A DNA stretch of 64,000 nucleotides from Eledone cirrhosa (GCA_964016885.1 OZ024759.1:27714001-27778000); one strand, 5' to 3'; numbered from the stretch's first letter, positions 12,765 through 27,857 are shown. Made by a program: numbers and translations. The notes: generated by a model not told the origin, from the letters alone.

Positions 12765-13463
12765 TATATATGTATATGTATATATATATATGTATATATA
12801 TATATGTATATATTATATATATGTATATATTATATATATGTATATATTATATATATGTATATATTATATATATGTATATATTATATATATGTATATATTA
12901 TATATATGTATATATTATATATATGTATATATTATATATATGTATATATTATATATATATGTATATATTATATATATGTATATATTATATATATGTATAT
13001 ATTATATATATATGTATATATTATATATATGTATATATTATATATATGTATATATTATATATATGTATATATTATATGTATATATTATATGTATATATTA
13101 TATATGTATATATTATATATATGTATATATTATATATTATATATGTATATATTATATATATGTATATATTATATATATATATATATGTATATATTATATA
13201 TATATATATATGTATATATTATATATATATATATATGTATATATTATATATATATATATGTATATATTATATATGTATATATTATATATTATATATATAT
13301 ATATGTATATATTATATATATATATATGTATATATTATATATATATATATGTATATATTATATATTATATATGTATATATTATATATATATATATGTATA
13401 TATTATATATATATATATGTATATATTATATATATATATATGTATATATTATATATATATATA

Positions 13464-13503
<40 letters not shown>

Positions 13504-13775
13504 TATATATATGTATATATTATATATATATATATGTATATATTATATATATGTATATATTATATATATGTATATATTATATATGTATATATTATATATA
13601 TATATATGTATATATTATATATAAGTATATATTATATATATATATATGTATATATTATATATATATATATATGTATATATTATATATATATATATATGTA
13701 TATATTATATATGTATATATTATATATATATATATATATGTATATATTATATATGTATATATTATATATATAGAT
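12660..13775. repeat. Compound (TA)n minisatellite
   Basis: Repeated TATATGTATATATTA units. Confidence 0.95.
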
Positions 13776-14240
13776 ATATTGAGACGTCCGTAGAAATAAA
13801 GGAATAAATATAATTTAATCATTGCTTATCTTTTTTTGCTAATATTGCCTCTAAATGGGACAAACCTGTGCTAGCGTGGAAGATAGACGTTAATCGATGA
13901 TGATGATATATAAGATATATATATACACATATATATATATATATATAACTATACACAGTTCAAGAGTAACCAATCTTAAAGAGAGAGATTGAGATATGAA
14001 AGGAAAGATTGGTGAGTTAGTTAGAAGCCAAAGCGTAAGGGCATGTGCTCAATGTGCAATATACAGTAGAAAGCAGCTAGGTGGCTGGGTTCATGCAGAG
14101 GTTAGGTGCGCAGAGCTGGAAATATTCATTAGTTAAGCAAAACAAGACTACAAATTTCACAAGGAAGACATTATTAAAAGATTGTCAACATATTTAGTTT
14201 GATGTAAGGAATGTAGAGAATAATATTAATAATAATAATG

Positions 14241-14366
14241 CCCGGTTACAATTGTTTCGCTACTCCGTATAATATTTCTGGATCAGATGACTATGTATCA
14301 TAATTGATCTGGTTCAGTTGAAAATAATTAACATATTTAAAAAAACAGAGTGGCTCATCGGAACTC
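14241..14366 (-). ncRNA. Degenerate hammerhead motif with long stem II
   Basis: Minus strand reads CCGAUGA GCCACUCUG...CGGAGUAGC GAA ACAAUUGU A (palindromic stem III); U4C substitution and weak stem I. Confidence 0.4.
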
Positions 14367-14599
14367 AAAGGAATATAAATTAAAATAATGTTACATAATA
14401 TAATGTTCCATATATTAGTTTTTACTATTGTGCCCAATAGTAAAAACTAATATATATATTATATATATATATTACATATATATATATTATATATATATAT
14501 ATATATTACATATATATATATTAGTGAAAAATTGAATGGGAACAAAACAGAGAGGCAGTACGAACAAATGTTTATTAGTTTCACGCTATATTATATATA

Positions 14600-15440
14600 T
14601 ATATATATAATAGCTTTCACTGTATTTTTGACTAAAGGAATTTTAGCCTGATAATGGGGTTTAGAACCCTCAGATAAATGGAAAAAGATGAGTATATGGG
14701 AGTCGAACCCACATCTTTTTCCATGTATCTGGGTCTTGAAGTCACAAGCGGTTAATCCTCTATAAGCTTTGTTGGAGGTGTCCGTCCTCACGTTGCACTG
14801 GTAGATCACATTACGATCTTGGCATCTGTTGTTGAGGGGGCACATGGATCTATCAGGACAATTACACCTCCTGGTCGGCTCTCCACTGTTGTCTAGGTTA
14901 TTTCTTCCATAGGGGTTGAGTTTTTTGTTGTTAGAAGAGACAATGTTTTGTGCGAAGTTAGGTGTGGTGCTGTAGGAGAGTTTGATGGTGTTTTTGTTGA
15001 TTATGTTGTGGTAGCGGTATTGTAGTGGGAAGTGTTTTTCGAGAAGCCTAAAGAAGATTTTCCCGATAGGTGTTGTCACCTCGGCATTGTGGGGAGGATT
15101 GAACCACATTACGTTGCATGAGCGGCGGTGTCGCCTGCTGGTTCGGCTAATGGAAGCTTGATGATAGGATATTTCCTCCCGGAAGCCACTCCGCTTAATG
15201 GCCTGGTTGTAATAAGGCGCATGTTCATCGAATATCTGCTCATTAGCGGACAAACGAGATATGCAGAGGGAGATGTTTTTAACCAGGTTATTGGTGAGGT
15301 TTCTAGGATGGTTCGAGCGGCGGTGGATGTAGTGCAAGTTGTCGTTTGGTTTCCTGTATGGGTAGTACAGATCATTATGGAGGTTAAGGGTAACGTCCAG
15401 GAAGTTACTCGGGTTAGGGACGTTTGTAGGGTTATTTTAA
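14600..15440 (-). mobile_element. Penelope-like retroelement fragment (RT C-terminus to start of GIY-YIG)
   Basis: FLDVTLNL..YYPYRKPND..YIHRRSNHP, WFNPP, IKLSYS, CNC..CPL..C..NVIY; ends in (TA)n. Confidence 0.9.
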
Positions 15441-16679
15441 ATCCCCAGTCCCGGAAGAAGCTGATTAGTTATAGATTTCACTTTCAACGCTTGACTGGGT
15501 TTCCCCCACTCCCTCTTTGTTCTACCGGCAAGTTCAGCCACCCCTACCTCCCACCAAATGCCATGATAGATTTATCTGTCTTTACAACAAATTTTTGACC
15601 AATTCTCTTGACAATTACTATCTTCCCATATAAGGAAATACCCCCTGAGAAGTTTGGCTATTTATTTACCAGGCTAAAAATTCTTATTTAGTTAGCGAAC
15701 CCCGGTACTTCAGTTATGTTAAAGCGCCCTCTAGATGTTTTATTTTGATGAGTTTGTTGCGGCTGGCTGCCTTTCTTATACAGAGTGTACTTGGTGCATT
15801 TTATCATGTCACCAGTATTAAGGAGGTTGTCATCTTTGATATAACTGAAAAATCCTGTCAACCCATTTTTTGTTGGGCATGATTTCTATGGCTGGCTGTC
15901 CTCAATGCCAACCACTTTACAGAGTTTACTGGGTGTATATCTATTTTATCGTGGTAACCAGCACTAGGAAGGTTTTAACACAGCTGTAACAACATCTCAG
16001 CAATTTTGTCTGCCAGGTTTTTCTCTTTGTTCTTTTTTTATCTATTTAAACACAACGAAAACATTGTATTTTTCCTCCTCCTCTAACAAACTCGTTTTTT
16101 ATCTCCTGAGAACTGGTCCATGAACTCTAGGACAACAACCTACTTTTTGTTACACAATCAATATTTTAAATAATATAACTCAACTATTTCCTCCTTCCTT
16201 CCTTATCTACCTCTCTCTGTCTCTCTCTCTCTCTCTCTGTATATATATATTATATAAATTATCGAGAATCGGAATCTCGGCCCACGAAATAACGAAACAC
16301 AATCTTCGAAATGCGTGGCAAAGTGCTCAATAGTTTGGATAAACCAGAGCTATAACTAACATTTAAATACCAACACACTGAGACAATGCTTAAACAATCA
16401 TTCGCACAGCCGAAAAAACGACCAAGAAAATTCGGGTCAGACAAATAATAATACATATGAATGAAAAATCTTTACCCGGACCCACTAGAAAGATGGTAAA
16501 TTCCAGCATTTGGGTTTCTGCGGCTCCTAAATCAGTTACCGTCAGCTTACATAAAAAATATCCGGCTTCTGGTAGAATGATGAACGAGGAAACCACTTTT
16601 TCAACAGGCGTTTCGTTCAAATATACAAGGGAACCCGTTAGTAAATCCACGTGGGGTCTAGCAATATATATATATCTAG

Positions 16680-16719
<40 letters not shown>

Positions 16720-19700
16720 GAAAAAGTAGGACCCAGACGGCTGAGCTCAAGCCGTTTCGACGGCTAATTCTGGACTAAATTTAGTCCAGAATTAGCCGTC
16801 GAAACGGCTTGAGCTCAGCCGTCGGGGTCCTACTTGTTCCTACTACCCTAAGTATTGAGTACTTTGGTGCGTTATGGTCCATCTGGTTCCTTACCACATT
16901 TCCTTTGTTATATATATATATATATATATATATGTGTATATATATGCTCTAACCACTAAGCCATGTGCCTCCATATATATATATATATATAGGAGACAGT
17001 ATGACCCCGACGGCAGAGCTCAAGCCGTTTCGACAGCTATTTCTGGACTCGAGAAATAGCCGTCGAAAAACGGCTTGAGATCTGCCATCGGGGTCATACT
17101 CTCTCCTATTACCCACTCTACTACCCTAAATATTGAGTACTCTGGTGCGTTATGGTCCATCTGGTTCCTTACCACAATTCCTCCATTATATATATATATA
17201 TATATATGGAGCCACATGGCTTAGTGGTTAGAGCATTGGCCTTGCAATCGAAAGGTTGTGAGTTCAATTCTCAGACCGGGTGATGTGTTGTTTCCTTGAG
17301 CAAGACACTTTATTTCACATTGCTCCAGTTTACTCAGCTGTAGAAATGAGGGGATAGGGATTGGGGTCCATATTCCATTGCAAAGTGGTCGTGGAGGTGC
17401 CACGGCAAAAAGCACCCAGTACTCACTGTAAATGAGGTTGGTGTTAGGAAGGGCATCCAGCTGTAGAAATCAAGCCAGAATCAGTTCCAGTCCCGCCCTT
17501 GCAAGCAGGGAAAAGCAGACGTAAAGTGATGATGATGATGATATATATATATATTTGCTGGACACATTTAATCTTATTTACTAATCAGTTTCTGTGTATG
17601 TTATGCAATCTTTTGTGAGCTGCCGTTGTTGTAATTATCATCAACATCATGTCAAAATTTTCATGCTGGTGTAGTTGGACAGATCCTTTCCCGGGTTAAG
17701 GTTTATAACCAGATACCTTCCTGGGTCACCATGATTACTATGTCATTTCCATGCTGGTATGGGCTTGACAGGACCTTTCCAAGCAATGGTATATAACCTG
17801 AAAACCTTCCAGACACTAACCTATTTAGTTGTCTCTTATGTCATGCAGGGATATGATGTACTCTCATGTCTTAATACCACCCCCTTCCCCGCTTCTTAAA
17901 TTTGCTAATCTACCACAAAATTTTATTGTAAGTGATTCATATTGATAGGGGGGGGGGGTCTTGTAATAATTTTATTGTACATTTAAAAAAAAGATTATGA
18001 CAAAAAAAGTACATTACAAGAAATCCCATATTTATGAATGTGTTGATGGAAGCCATGGAGTGGGGAAACCCAAGAAGACCTGGGATGAGGTGTTAAAAGC
18101 AGACCTTGCCCAATTGCACCTCTCAACGGCAATGACACAGGACTGTGACCTCTGGTGTCATGCAGTAATACAGAAGACCTGATTTCCCACGGGAAAAAGC
18201 CGAAGCTGAAGCATATAGACAATATGCCCCCATCCCCTCCCACTGTAAAGTGGTCTTGTAGGCACCATGAAAAAAAAATACCCAGCACTCACTGTAAATG
18301 AGGTTGGTGTTAGGAAAGGCATCCAGCTGTAGAAATCAAGCCAGAATCAGTTCCCGTATGAGCATGACAAGGTCACCCGATCTAACATCACCCACAACAG
18401 GACAACCCATCTAACCCATGCTAGTGCGGAAGAATGGACGTAAAACGATGATGATACTATACAATTACTGACCCCCCCCCCCCCCTCCGTTTATAAGAAT
18501 TTAAGCAAATGTCCACCCCACCTCCATTATTTTGGACCCGAGAGTACCCACTAAAAAAGCCCCCCCCCCCCCCCCCCCCCCAGATACACACAACATAAGT
18601 CTGTCATTCCTACACAAACTATCATTTCATCATCATTTCATTTTATGTCTGCTTTTTCCCTGCTTGCAGGGGTGGGATGGGGACTGATTCTGGCTTGATT
18701 GCTACAGCTGGATGCCCTTCCTAACACCAACCTCATTTACAGTGAGTGCTGGGGGCTTTTTTGCCGTGGCACCTCCACGACCACTTTACAGTGGAATGAT
18801 AAGGACCCCAGTCCCTATCATCTCATTTCTACAGCTGAGTAAACTGGAGCAATGTGAAATAAAGTGTCTTGCTCAAGGAAACAACACATCACCCAGTCTG
18901 AGAATTGAACTCACAACCTTTCGATTGGCAACCACTAAGCCATGTGCCTCCATTACTATACCTATGTTATTTCATATGTAAGTGCTGTATGTGTGTAGCA
19001 TGAAATATATGTGTATATGCTTCGTTTGCATTATTTCTTGTGTGTGTGTGTGTGTGGTGACTGATAAAGTTGACCTGAATGTGGTTTTTAAAATAAACTG
19101 AAATCCTGGAACAATATATCACAAATTGTTTTAACGAATTTGTCGCATTGCCGCCATATATATGTGTGTCAATTCACTGCCATGTTATATGTGTGTGTGC
19201 ATATGTAATTATAATTATATATATATATATATTATGTCATCATCATCATTATCGTTTAACATCTATCTTCCATGCTAGCATGTATGTGTATATATATATA
19301 TATATATACATACATATATTATGTATATATATTCAATTATTCAACTACATTTCTTGCATGAACATATCTCAACATGGCAATTTATCTTTTGTATATATAT
19401 TTATATATATATATGTATATATGTGTGAATACATATCTATACAGACATACATATATATACACACATATATACATATATACACACATATACATACAGCAGT
19501 ATTTAAACATTGTGATTGCGATTAAATATTGTTTTCACATTTCAAGCTGTATCGTAAATATATTACACAAATACTTCATCACCATCATTGCGATTTGATG
19601 GTAATGGATTGGTGCTATTTCTAGTAGGTGGATTGACAATGTTGATTTCCACGTGTTTATGTAATCATGTGGTTGTTACTAAAACGTGAAGACTAACAGT

Positions 19701-19779
19701 AGAGACTGGGCGGAAGGTTTTAGAAGCATAGAGACCAGGAAGTTTGTTTGTATGTATATATATATAGATAAGAAATGTA

Positions 19780-20420
19780 TAATCTGTAAATTAAGCCGCC
19801 AACTAGAAATGTAGTATATAGCATAAGATGTACTGAAGGACAATGTAGAGATAAGAATATAGTGCACATAGGTGAGACAGCTCGTAGTGTAGGGGAACGG
19901 ATAAATGAACACTGGCGAGAGCTTCAAGATAGTAAAGAATCATCTGTACTCTACCAACATGCTAAAATAGAACCTACACACAGAAAAGACGCAATGTTTA
20001 GACAAATCACAGAGGCAATAAACATAAATGAACTCCAACCAAAATTAAATAGAAAACATGAATGGAACAGCAACATCACAACTTACAATTAAGGACAAAA
20101 TGAAAACACACACACACACACACACACACAGAACAAACAACCAACCAGTAACATGTAAATAAACAATTAAATAAACAAATATAAACACACACAGACACCT
20201 GGATGTAACACATGTGCAAACTAAGCACACAACACACACAAAAACAAGATGGTGTAGGACAGAACAAAGGAGAGGCACAAAAACAAAGAGAAGAATCCCA
20301 GTCACTGAAGAGGTCACAGAATGTGTGACGAAAGAACTTTGACAATATACGAACAATCATCTGGTTGTGGAACCAACCGGAAATTTATAAATTTATTATA
20401 ATAAATTGAAGTGAAAGCAA
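19780..20420 (+). mobile_element. Penelope-like GIY-YIG endonuclease 3' fragment
   Basis: VVYSIRC...HIGETARSVGERINEH...RQITEAININELQPKLNRKHEW. Confidence 0.85.
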
Positions 20421-20765
20421 CTGGTGTGTGTGTTTCTTATTGGCAACATGACCCTCCCAAAGTATAACAATATATATATACATATATGGAGGCACATGGC
20501 TTAGTGGTTAGAGCATTGGCTTTGCAATCGAAAGGTTGTGAGTTCAATTCTCAGACCGGGTGATGTGTTGTTTCCTTGAGCAAGACACTTTATTTCACAT
20601 TGCTCCAGTTTACTCAGCTGTAGAAATGAGATGATAGGGACTGGGGTCCCTACCATTCCACTGCAAAGTGGTCGTGGAGGTGCCACGGCAAAAAAGCACC
20701 CAGCACTCACTGTAAATGAAGTTGGTGTTAGGAAGGGCATCAGCCGTGGACCTAAATCTTTTCAT

Positions 20766-21665
20766 ATATATATTGTATATATGTATGTGTATATGTGTAT
20801 ATATGTATATATATTATATATATTATATATGTATATATGTATGTGTATATATGTATATGTATATATATTATATATATTATATATATGTATATGTATATAT
20901 ATTATATATATGTATATGTATATATATTATATATATGTATATGTATATATATTATATATATATGTATATGTATATATATTATATATATGTATATGTATAT
21001 ATATTATATGTATATATATTATATATATGTATATGTATATATATTATATATATGTATATGTATATATATTATATATATGTATGTGTATATATGTATATAT
21101 ATATTATATATATGTATGTGTATAGATGTATATGTATATATATTATGTATATGTATATATATTATGTATATGTATATATATTATGTATATGTATATATAT
21201 TATATATATGTATGTGTATATATGTATATTATATATATGTATGTGTATATATGTATATGTATTATATATATGTATATGTATATATATTATATATATGTAT
21301 ATGTATATATATTATATATATGTATATGTATATATATTATATATATGTATATATATTATATATATGTATATGTATGTGTATATATGTATGTGTATATATG
21401 TATATGTATGTATATATATGTATATGTATGTGTATATATGTATATGTATATATATTATATATATGTATATGTATATATATTATATATATGTATGTGTATA
21501 TATGTATATGTATTATATATATGTATGTGTATATATGTATATGTATATATATTATATATATGTATGTGTATATATGTATATGTATATATATTATATATAT
21601 GTATGTGTATATATGTATATGTATATATATTATATATATGTGTGTATATATATATATATATATAC
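20766..21665. repeat. Compound (TA)n/(TATG)n minisatellite
   Basis: Direct inspection. Confidence 0.95.
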
Positions 21666-21784
21666 ACATATGTATGTAATTGTGTGTGTCAATATGTTTG
21701 TATGTGGTGTGTGTTTGTATGTTTATAGTGTGTATATATACATGTGTGTGTAACAGTATGTATGTACACGTGGATGTGTGTTAT

Positions 21785-24700
21785 GTAACAATATATAAGT
21801 ATATAGTATGTAGTACTTGTATATGTAACAATATGTATGTGTATAGCATATAGTAATATGTATGTATGTATGTAGTACGTGTATGTAACAATATGTATGT
21901 GTTTAGCATATCGTAATATGTATGTATGTATGTAGTACTTGTATATGTAACAATATGTATGTGTATAGCATATAGTAATATGTATGTATGTATGTAGTAC
22001 TTGTGTATGTAACAATATGTATGTGTATATCATATAGTAATATGTATGTATGTATGTATGTAGTACGTGTATGTAACAATATGTATGTGTATAGCATATA
22101 GTAATATGTATGTATGTATGTATGTAGTACTTGTATATGTAACAATATGTATGTGTATAGCATATAGTAATATGTATGTATGTATGTAGTACTTGTATAT
22201 GTAACAATATGTATGTGTATAGCATATAGTAATATGTATGTATGTATGTAGTACTTGTGTATGTAACAATATGTATGTGTATATCATATAGTAATATGTA
22301 TGTATGTATGTATGTAGTACGTGTATGTAACAATATGTATGTGTATAGCATATAGTAATATGTATGTATGTATGTATGTAGTACTTGTATATGTAACAAT
22401 ATGTATGTGTATAGCATATAGTAATATGTATGTATGTATGTAGTACTTGTATATGTAACAATATGTATGTGTATAGCATATAGTAATATGTATGTGTGTA
22501 TGTAGTACTTGTATATGTAACAATATGTATGTGTATAGCATATAGTAATATGTATGTATGTAGTACTTGTATATGTAACAATATGTATGTGTATAGCATA
22601 TAGTAATATGTATGTATGTATGTAGTACTTGTGTATGTAACAATATGTATGTGTATATCATATAGTAATATGTATGTATGTATGTATGTAGTACGTGTAT
22701 GTGTATAGCATATAGTAATATGTATGTATGTATGTATGTAGTACTTGTGTATGTAACTATGTATGTGTTTAGCATATAGTAATATGTATGTATGTATGTA
22801 GTACGTGTATGTAACAATATGTATGTGTATAGCATATAGTAATATGTATGTATGTATGTATGTAGTACTTGTGTATGTAACAATATGTATGTGTATAGCA
22901 TATAGTAATATGTATGTATGTATGTATGTAGTACTTGTGTATGTAACTATGTATGTGTTTAGCATATAGTAATATGTATGTATGTATGTAGTACGTGTAT
23001 GTAACAATATGTATGTGTATAGCATATAGTAATATGTATGTATGTATGTAGTACTTGTATATGTAACAATATGTATGTGTATAGCATATCGTAATATGTA
23101 TGTATGTATGTAGTACTTGTATATGTAACAATATGTATGTGTATAGCATATAGTAATATGTATGTATGTATGTAGTACTTGTATATGTAACAATATGTAT
23201 GTGTATAGCATATAGTAATATGTATGTATGTATGTAGTACTTGTATATGTAACAATATGTATGTGTATAGCATATAGTAATATGTATGTATGTATGTAGT
23301 ACTTGTATATGTAACAATATGTATGTGTATAGCATATAGTAATATGTATGTATGTATGTATGTAGTACTTGTATATGTAACAATATGTATGTGTATAGCA
23401 TATCGTAATATGTATGTGTGTATGTAGTACTTGTATATGTAACAATATGTATGTGTATAGCATATCGTAATATGTATGTATGTATGTAGTACTTGTATAT
23501 GTAACAATATGTATGTGTATAGCATATCGTAATATGTATGTGTGTATGTAGTACTTGTATATGTAACAATATGTATGTGTATAGCATATAGTAATATGTA
23601 TGTATGTAGTACTTGTGTATGTAACAATATGTATGTGTATAGCATATCGTAATATGTATGTGTGTATGTAGTACTTGTATATGTAACAATATGTATGTGT
23701 ATAGCATATAGTAATATGTATGTATGTAGTACTTGTGTATGTAACAATATGTATGTGTATAGCATATCGTAATATGTATGTGTGTATGTAGTACTTGTAT
23801 ATGTAACAATATGTATGTGTATAGCATATCGTAATATGTATGTATGTATGTAGTACTTGTATATGTAACAATATGTATGTGTGTAGCATATAGTAATATG
23901 TATGTATGTAGTACTTGTGTATGTAACAATATGTATGTGTATAGCATATAGTAATATGTATGTGTGTATGTATGTAGTACGTGTATGTAACAATATGTAT
24001 GTGTATAGCATATAGTAATATGTATGTATGTAGTACTTGTATATGTAACAATATGTATGTGTATAGCATATAGTAATATGTATGTATGTATGTAGTACTT
24101 GTATATGTAACAATATGTATGTGTATAGCATATAGTAATATGTATGTATGTATGTATGTAGTACGTGTATGTAACAATATGTATGTGTATAGCATATAGT
24201 AATATGTATGTATGTAGTACTTGTATATGTAACAATATGTATGTGTATAGCATATAGTAATATGTATGTATGTATGTATGTAGTACGTGTATGTAACAAT
24301 ATGTATGTGTATAGCATATAGTAATATGTATGTATGTAGTACTTGTATATGTAACAATATGTATGTGTATAGCATATCGTAATATGTATGTATATATGTA
24401 GTACGTGTATGTAACAATATGTATGTGTATAGCATATAGTAATATGTATGTATGTATATATGTAGTACGTGTATGTAACAATATGTATGTGTATAGCATA
24501 TAGTAATATGTATGTGTGTATGTATGTAGTACGTGTATGTAACAATATGTATGTGTATAGCATATCGTAATATGTATGTATGTAGTACTTGTGTATGTAA
24601 CAATATGTATGTGTATAGCATATAGTAATATGTATGTATGTATGTATGTAGTACGTGTATGTAACAATATGTATGTGTTTAGCATATAGTAATATGTATG

Positions 24701-24965
24701 TATGTAGTACTTGTATATGTAACAATATGTATGTGTATAGCATATAGTAATATGTATGTATGTATATATGTAGTACGTGTATGTAACAATATGTATGTGT
24801 ATAGCATATCGTAATATGTATGTGTGTATGTATGTAGTACGTGTATGTAACAATATGTATGTGTATAGCATATAGTAATATGTATGTATGTATGTAGTAC
24901 TTGTATATGTAACAATATGTATGTGTATAGCATATAGTAATATGTATGTGTATAGCATATAGTAA
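21785..24965. repeat. ~56-64-bp satellite with a variable internal (TATG)n, roughly 50 copies
   Basis: Unit ATGTAACAATATGTATGTGTATAGCATATAGTAA(TATG)nTAGTAC(TTGT/GTGT). Confidence 0.95.
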
Positions 24966-25405
24966 TATGTATGTATGTATGAATGTAGTACGTGTATGTA
25001 TGAATGTAGTACGTGTATGTGTGTATGTAGTACGTGTATGTGTGTATGTATATGTGTGTGAAAGGAAATTTGAAAACAAAAAGCCAAATAATTACCAAAA
25101 AATGTAAATTTAAAAAGTATATTTTGTCTTAAATTTTACTGGCTTCTGCTCTTTCGTCACCTCTTCCCCCACTTCCACCTTTATTGACCTTAATCACTCT
25201 GTCAGTACTTGTAACAGCTGGTTACTGCTGCTGCTGCTGCTGTTGCTACTACTACTACTATTGCTGCTACTGTTACTATGAACCACCACTACTGCAACTA
25301 CTATCAATACCACCACTACTACTATTACTATTACTACTACTGCTAGTACTACTATTATTACTGTTGCTATTACCATTATTACTATCAATTGATGATGATG
25401 ATGAT

Positions 25406-25449
<44 letters not shown>

Positions 25450-25642
25450 CATATATATACATATATATATAGTATCGGTAGAGTGTCGGGCGCCATGCTT
25501 TGCAGCAAAGAGTTACGGCCTTTTATGGTCTGAGTTCAAATCCCGCCAAGGTTAACTTTGCCTTTTATCCTTACAGGGTTGATAAAATAAAGTACCAGTA
25601 ATACACTGGGTAATTGCTGGCCTTGTGCCAAAAGTAGAAACA

Positions 25643-26060
25643 ATTATTACTATCAATACTACTGCTATTACTATTACTACTATTACCACCACTACTACCA
25701 TTATTACTATCAATACTACTGCTATTACTATTACTACTATTACCACCACTACTACCATTATTACTATCAATACTACTGCTATTACTATTACTACTATTAC
25801 CACCACTACTACCATTATTACTACTATTACCACCAATATTACTATTACCACCACTACTACCATTATAACTATCAATACTACTACTATTACTACTATTACC
25901 ACCAATATTACTACCATTATTACTATCAATACTACTACTATTACCACCACTACTCTACCATTATAACTATCAATACTACTACTATTACCACCAATATTAC
26001 TATTACCACCACTACTACCATTATAACTATCAATACTACTACTACTACCAACACCACCAT
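25643..26060. repeat. (ACT/ATT/ACC)n tract with a higher-order period
   Basis: Direct inspection; follows a SINE tail. Confidence 0.9.
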
Positions 26061-26304
26061 TGTTACTCCAATTCTCTGTAATTGCTGCAACAGTTTTCTG
26101 TAATGGCTGAATGCATCAGCTGGTCACGGTAGACCGATCAATTGGTACATTCACTGCTTTTATATATATATACATATATGTTTTTACTTTTTACTTTGTA
26201 TGTCTGGAGAGTAAGATGCAGGCCTCCTGGCTACAAGCCAAATATCTTGCTGCTCCGTGCAGTAACATTACTAATGGAGTGGCAGAATTGTTAACCCTTT
26301 AGCA

Positions 26305-27067
26305 TTCAAACCGGCCGTACCCGGCCAGAAATGTCTCACCTCTTTCTGTTCAAACCGGCTGTATCCGGCCAGAAATGTCTCACCTCTTTCTGTTCAAACC
26401 GGCTGTATCCGGCCAGAAATGTCTCACCTCTTTCTGTTCAAACCGGCTGTATCCGGCCAGAAATGTCTCACCTCTTTCTGTTCAAACCGGCTGTATCCGG
26501 CCAGAAATGTCTCACCTCTTTCTGTTCAAACCGGCTGTATCCGGCCAGAAATGTCTCACCTCTTTCTGTTCAAACCGACTGTATCCGGCCAGAAATGTCT
26601 CACCTCTTTCTGTTCAAACCGGCTGTATCCGGCCAGAAATGTCTCACCTCTTTCTGTTCAAACCGGCTGTATCCGGCCAGAAATGTCTCACCTCTTTCTG
26701 TTCAAACCGGCTGTATCCGGCCAGAAATGTCTCACCTCTTTCTGTTCAAACCGGCCGTATCCGGCCAGAAATGTCTCACCTCTTTCTGTTCAAACCGGCT
26801 GTATCCGGCCAGAAATGTCTCACCTCTTTCTGTTCAAACCGGCTGTATCCGGCCAGAAATGTCTCACCTCTTTCTGTTCAAACCGGCCGTATCCGGCCAG
26901 AAATGTCTCACCTCTTTCTGTTCAAACCGGCTGTATCCGGCCAGAAATGTCTCACCTCTTTCTGTTCAAACCGGCTGTATCCGGCCAGAAATGTCTCACC
27001 TCTTTCTGTTCAAACCGGCTGTATCCGGCCAGAAATGTCTCACCTCTTTCTGTTCAAACCGGCTGTA
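26305..27067. repeat. 44-bp tandem array, about 17 near-identical copies
   Basis: Unit TTCAAACCGGCTGTATCCGGCCAGAAATGTCTCACCTCTTTCTG; no spacers. Confidence 0.97.
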
Positions 27068-27358
27068 ACTGGGCACTCATACTGACGTTGAGGTATTGTT
27101 CTCAAAATAAATAACATCAAAATCTCATAGATTCGATATTATGTGAGGTAATTATATAAGATAAAGTGTTTACTACAAAAATACAATAGTATATAGAGAG
27201 GAATGTGAATGCTAAAGGGTTAAACCATTGGACAAAATGTCATTGCAGTAATATTTGTTCTGGTTCTTTAATATGTTCTCTGGTTAAAATGATGCCATCG
27301 TTACCTTTGTCTTTCATTCTTCTGACATTGCAACTGTCTCCAAATGATCCTGCTGGAC

Positions 27359-27391
<33 letters not shown>

Positions 27392-27810
27392 CCAAGCGAA
27401 ACCAACTGAGCTCATGGATGTTATCCGGTCATCTTACTTGAAATCTATCTCTTAGTCTCCTGCCAATTGGCTTTGCCCATAAAATCTGTCCTGCGATTCA
27501 TATTCTTTCCTTAAACATTCTAACCACATGTCCAGTCCATAATATTGGAGCTGTGGTCTCTCGATTCGGAGAAGTACTAACTCTATTTGGAGCGACTTAT
27601 TCTCACAGTTTTATATATATATATATATATATATATTCAGTTTTATATAGATATATATTATATATATATATATAAATGTAATCTGAGTTTTTCGAATATT
27701 AATATTAATAATAATATTCGATTCATTTGCAATTATGCAAACAGCCTCTTTAAAGCCATGTCAGTAGAATGACTCCGTCATTCTTGCTCTTGTGTTGGCA
27801 TGTAAACAGA

Positions 27811-27857
27811 ACTGCAGACACTAATGTTTCTGGGTGATTACCCTTCATCAGTGCAGT
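27811..27857 (-). ncRNA. Type I hammerhead ribozyme (Penelope-associated minimal type)
   Basis: Minus strand reads ACUGCA CUGAUGA A-GGGU-AAUC-ACCC-A GAAA CA-UUAG-UGUC^UGCAGU: 6-bp stem I, full core, GUC triplet. Confidence 0.8.

Noticed and set aside
12592-25098. Numerous long Y/I/C/M/H/T-rich ORFs
   Set aside because: Translations of (TA)n, (TATG)n and the 60-bp satellite.
26305-27067. CRISPR-like regular repeats
   Set aside because: Head-to-tail units with no unique spacers, no cas genes, eukaryotic context; derived from a MITE.
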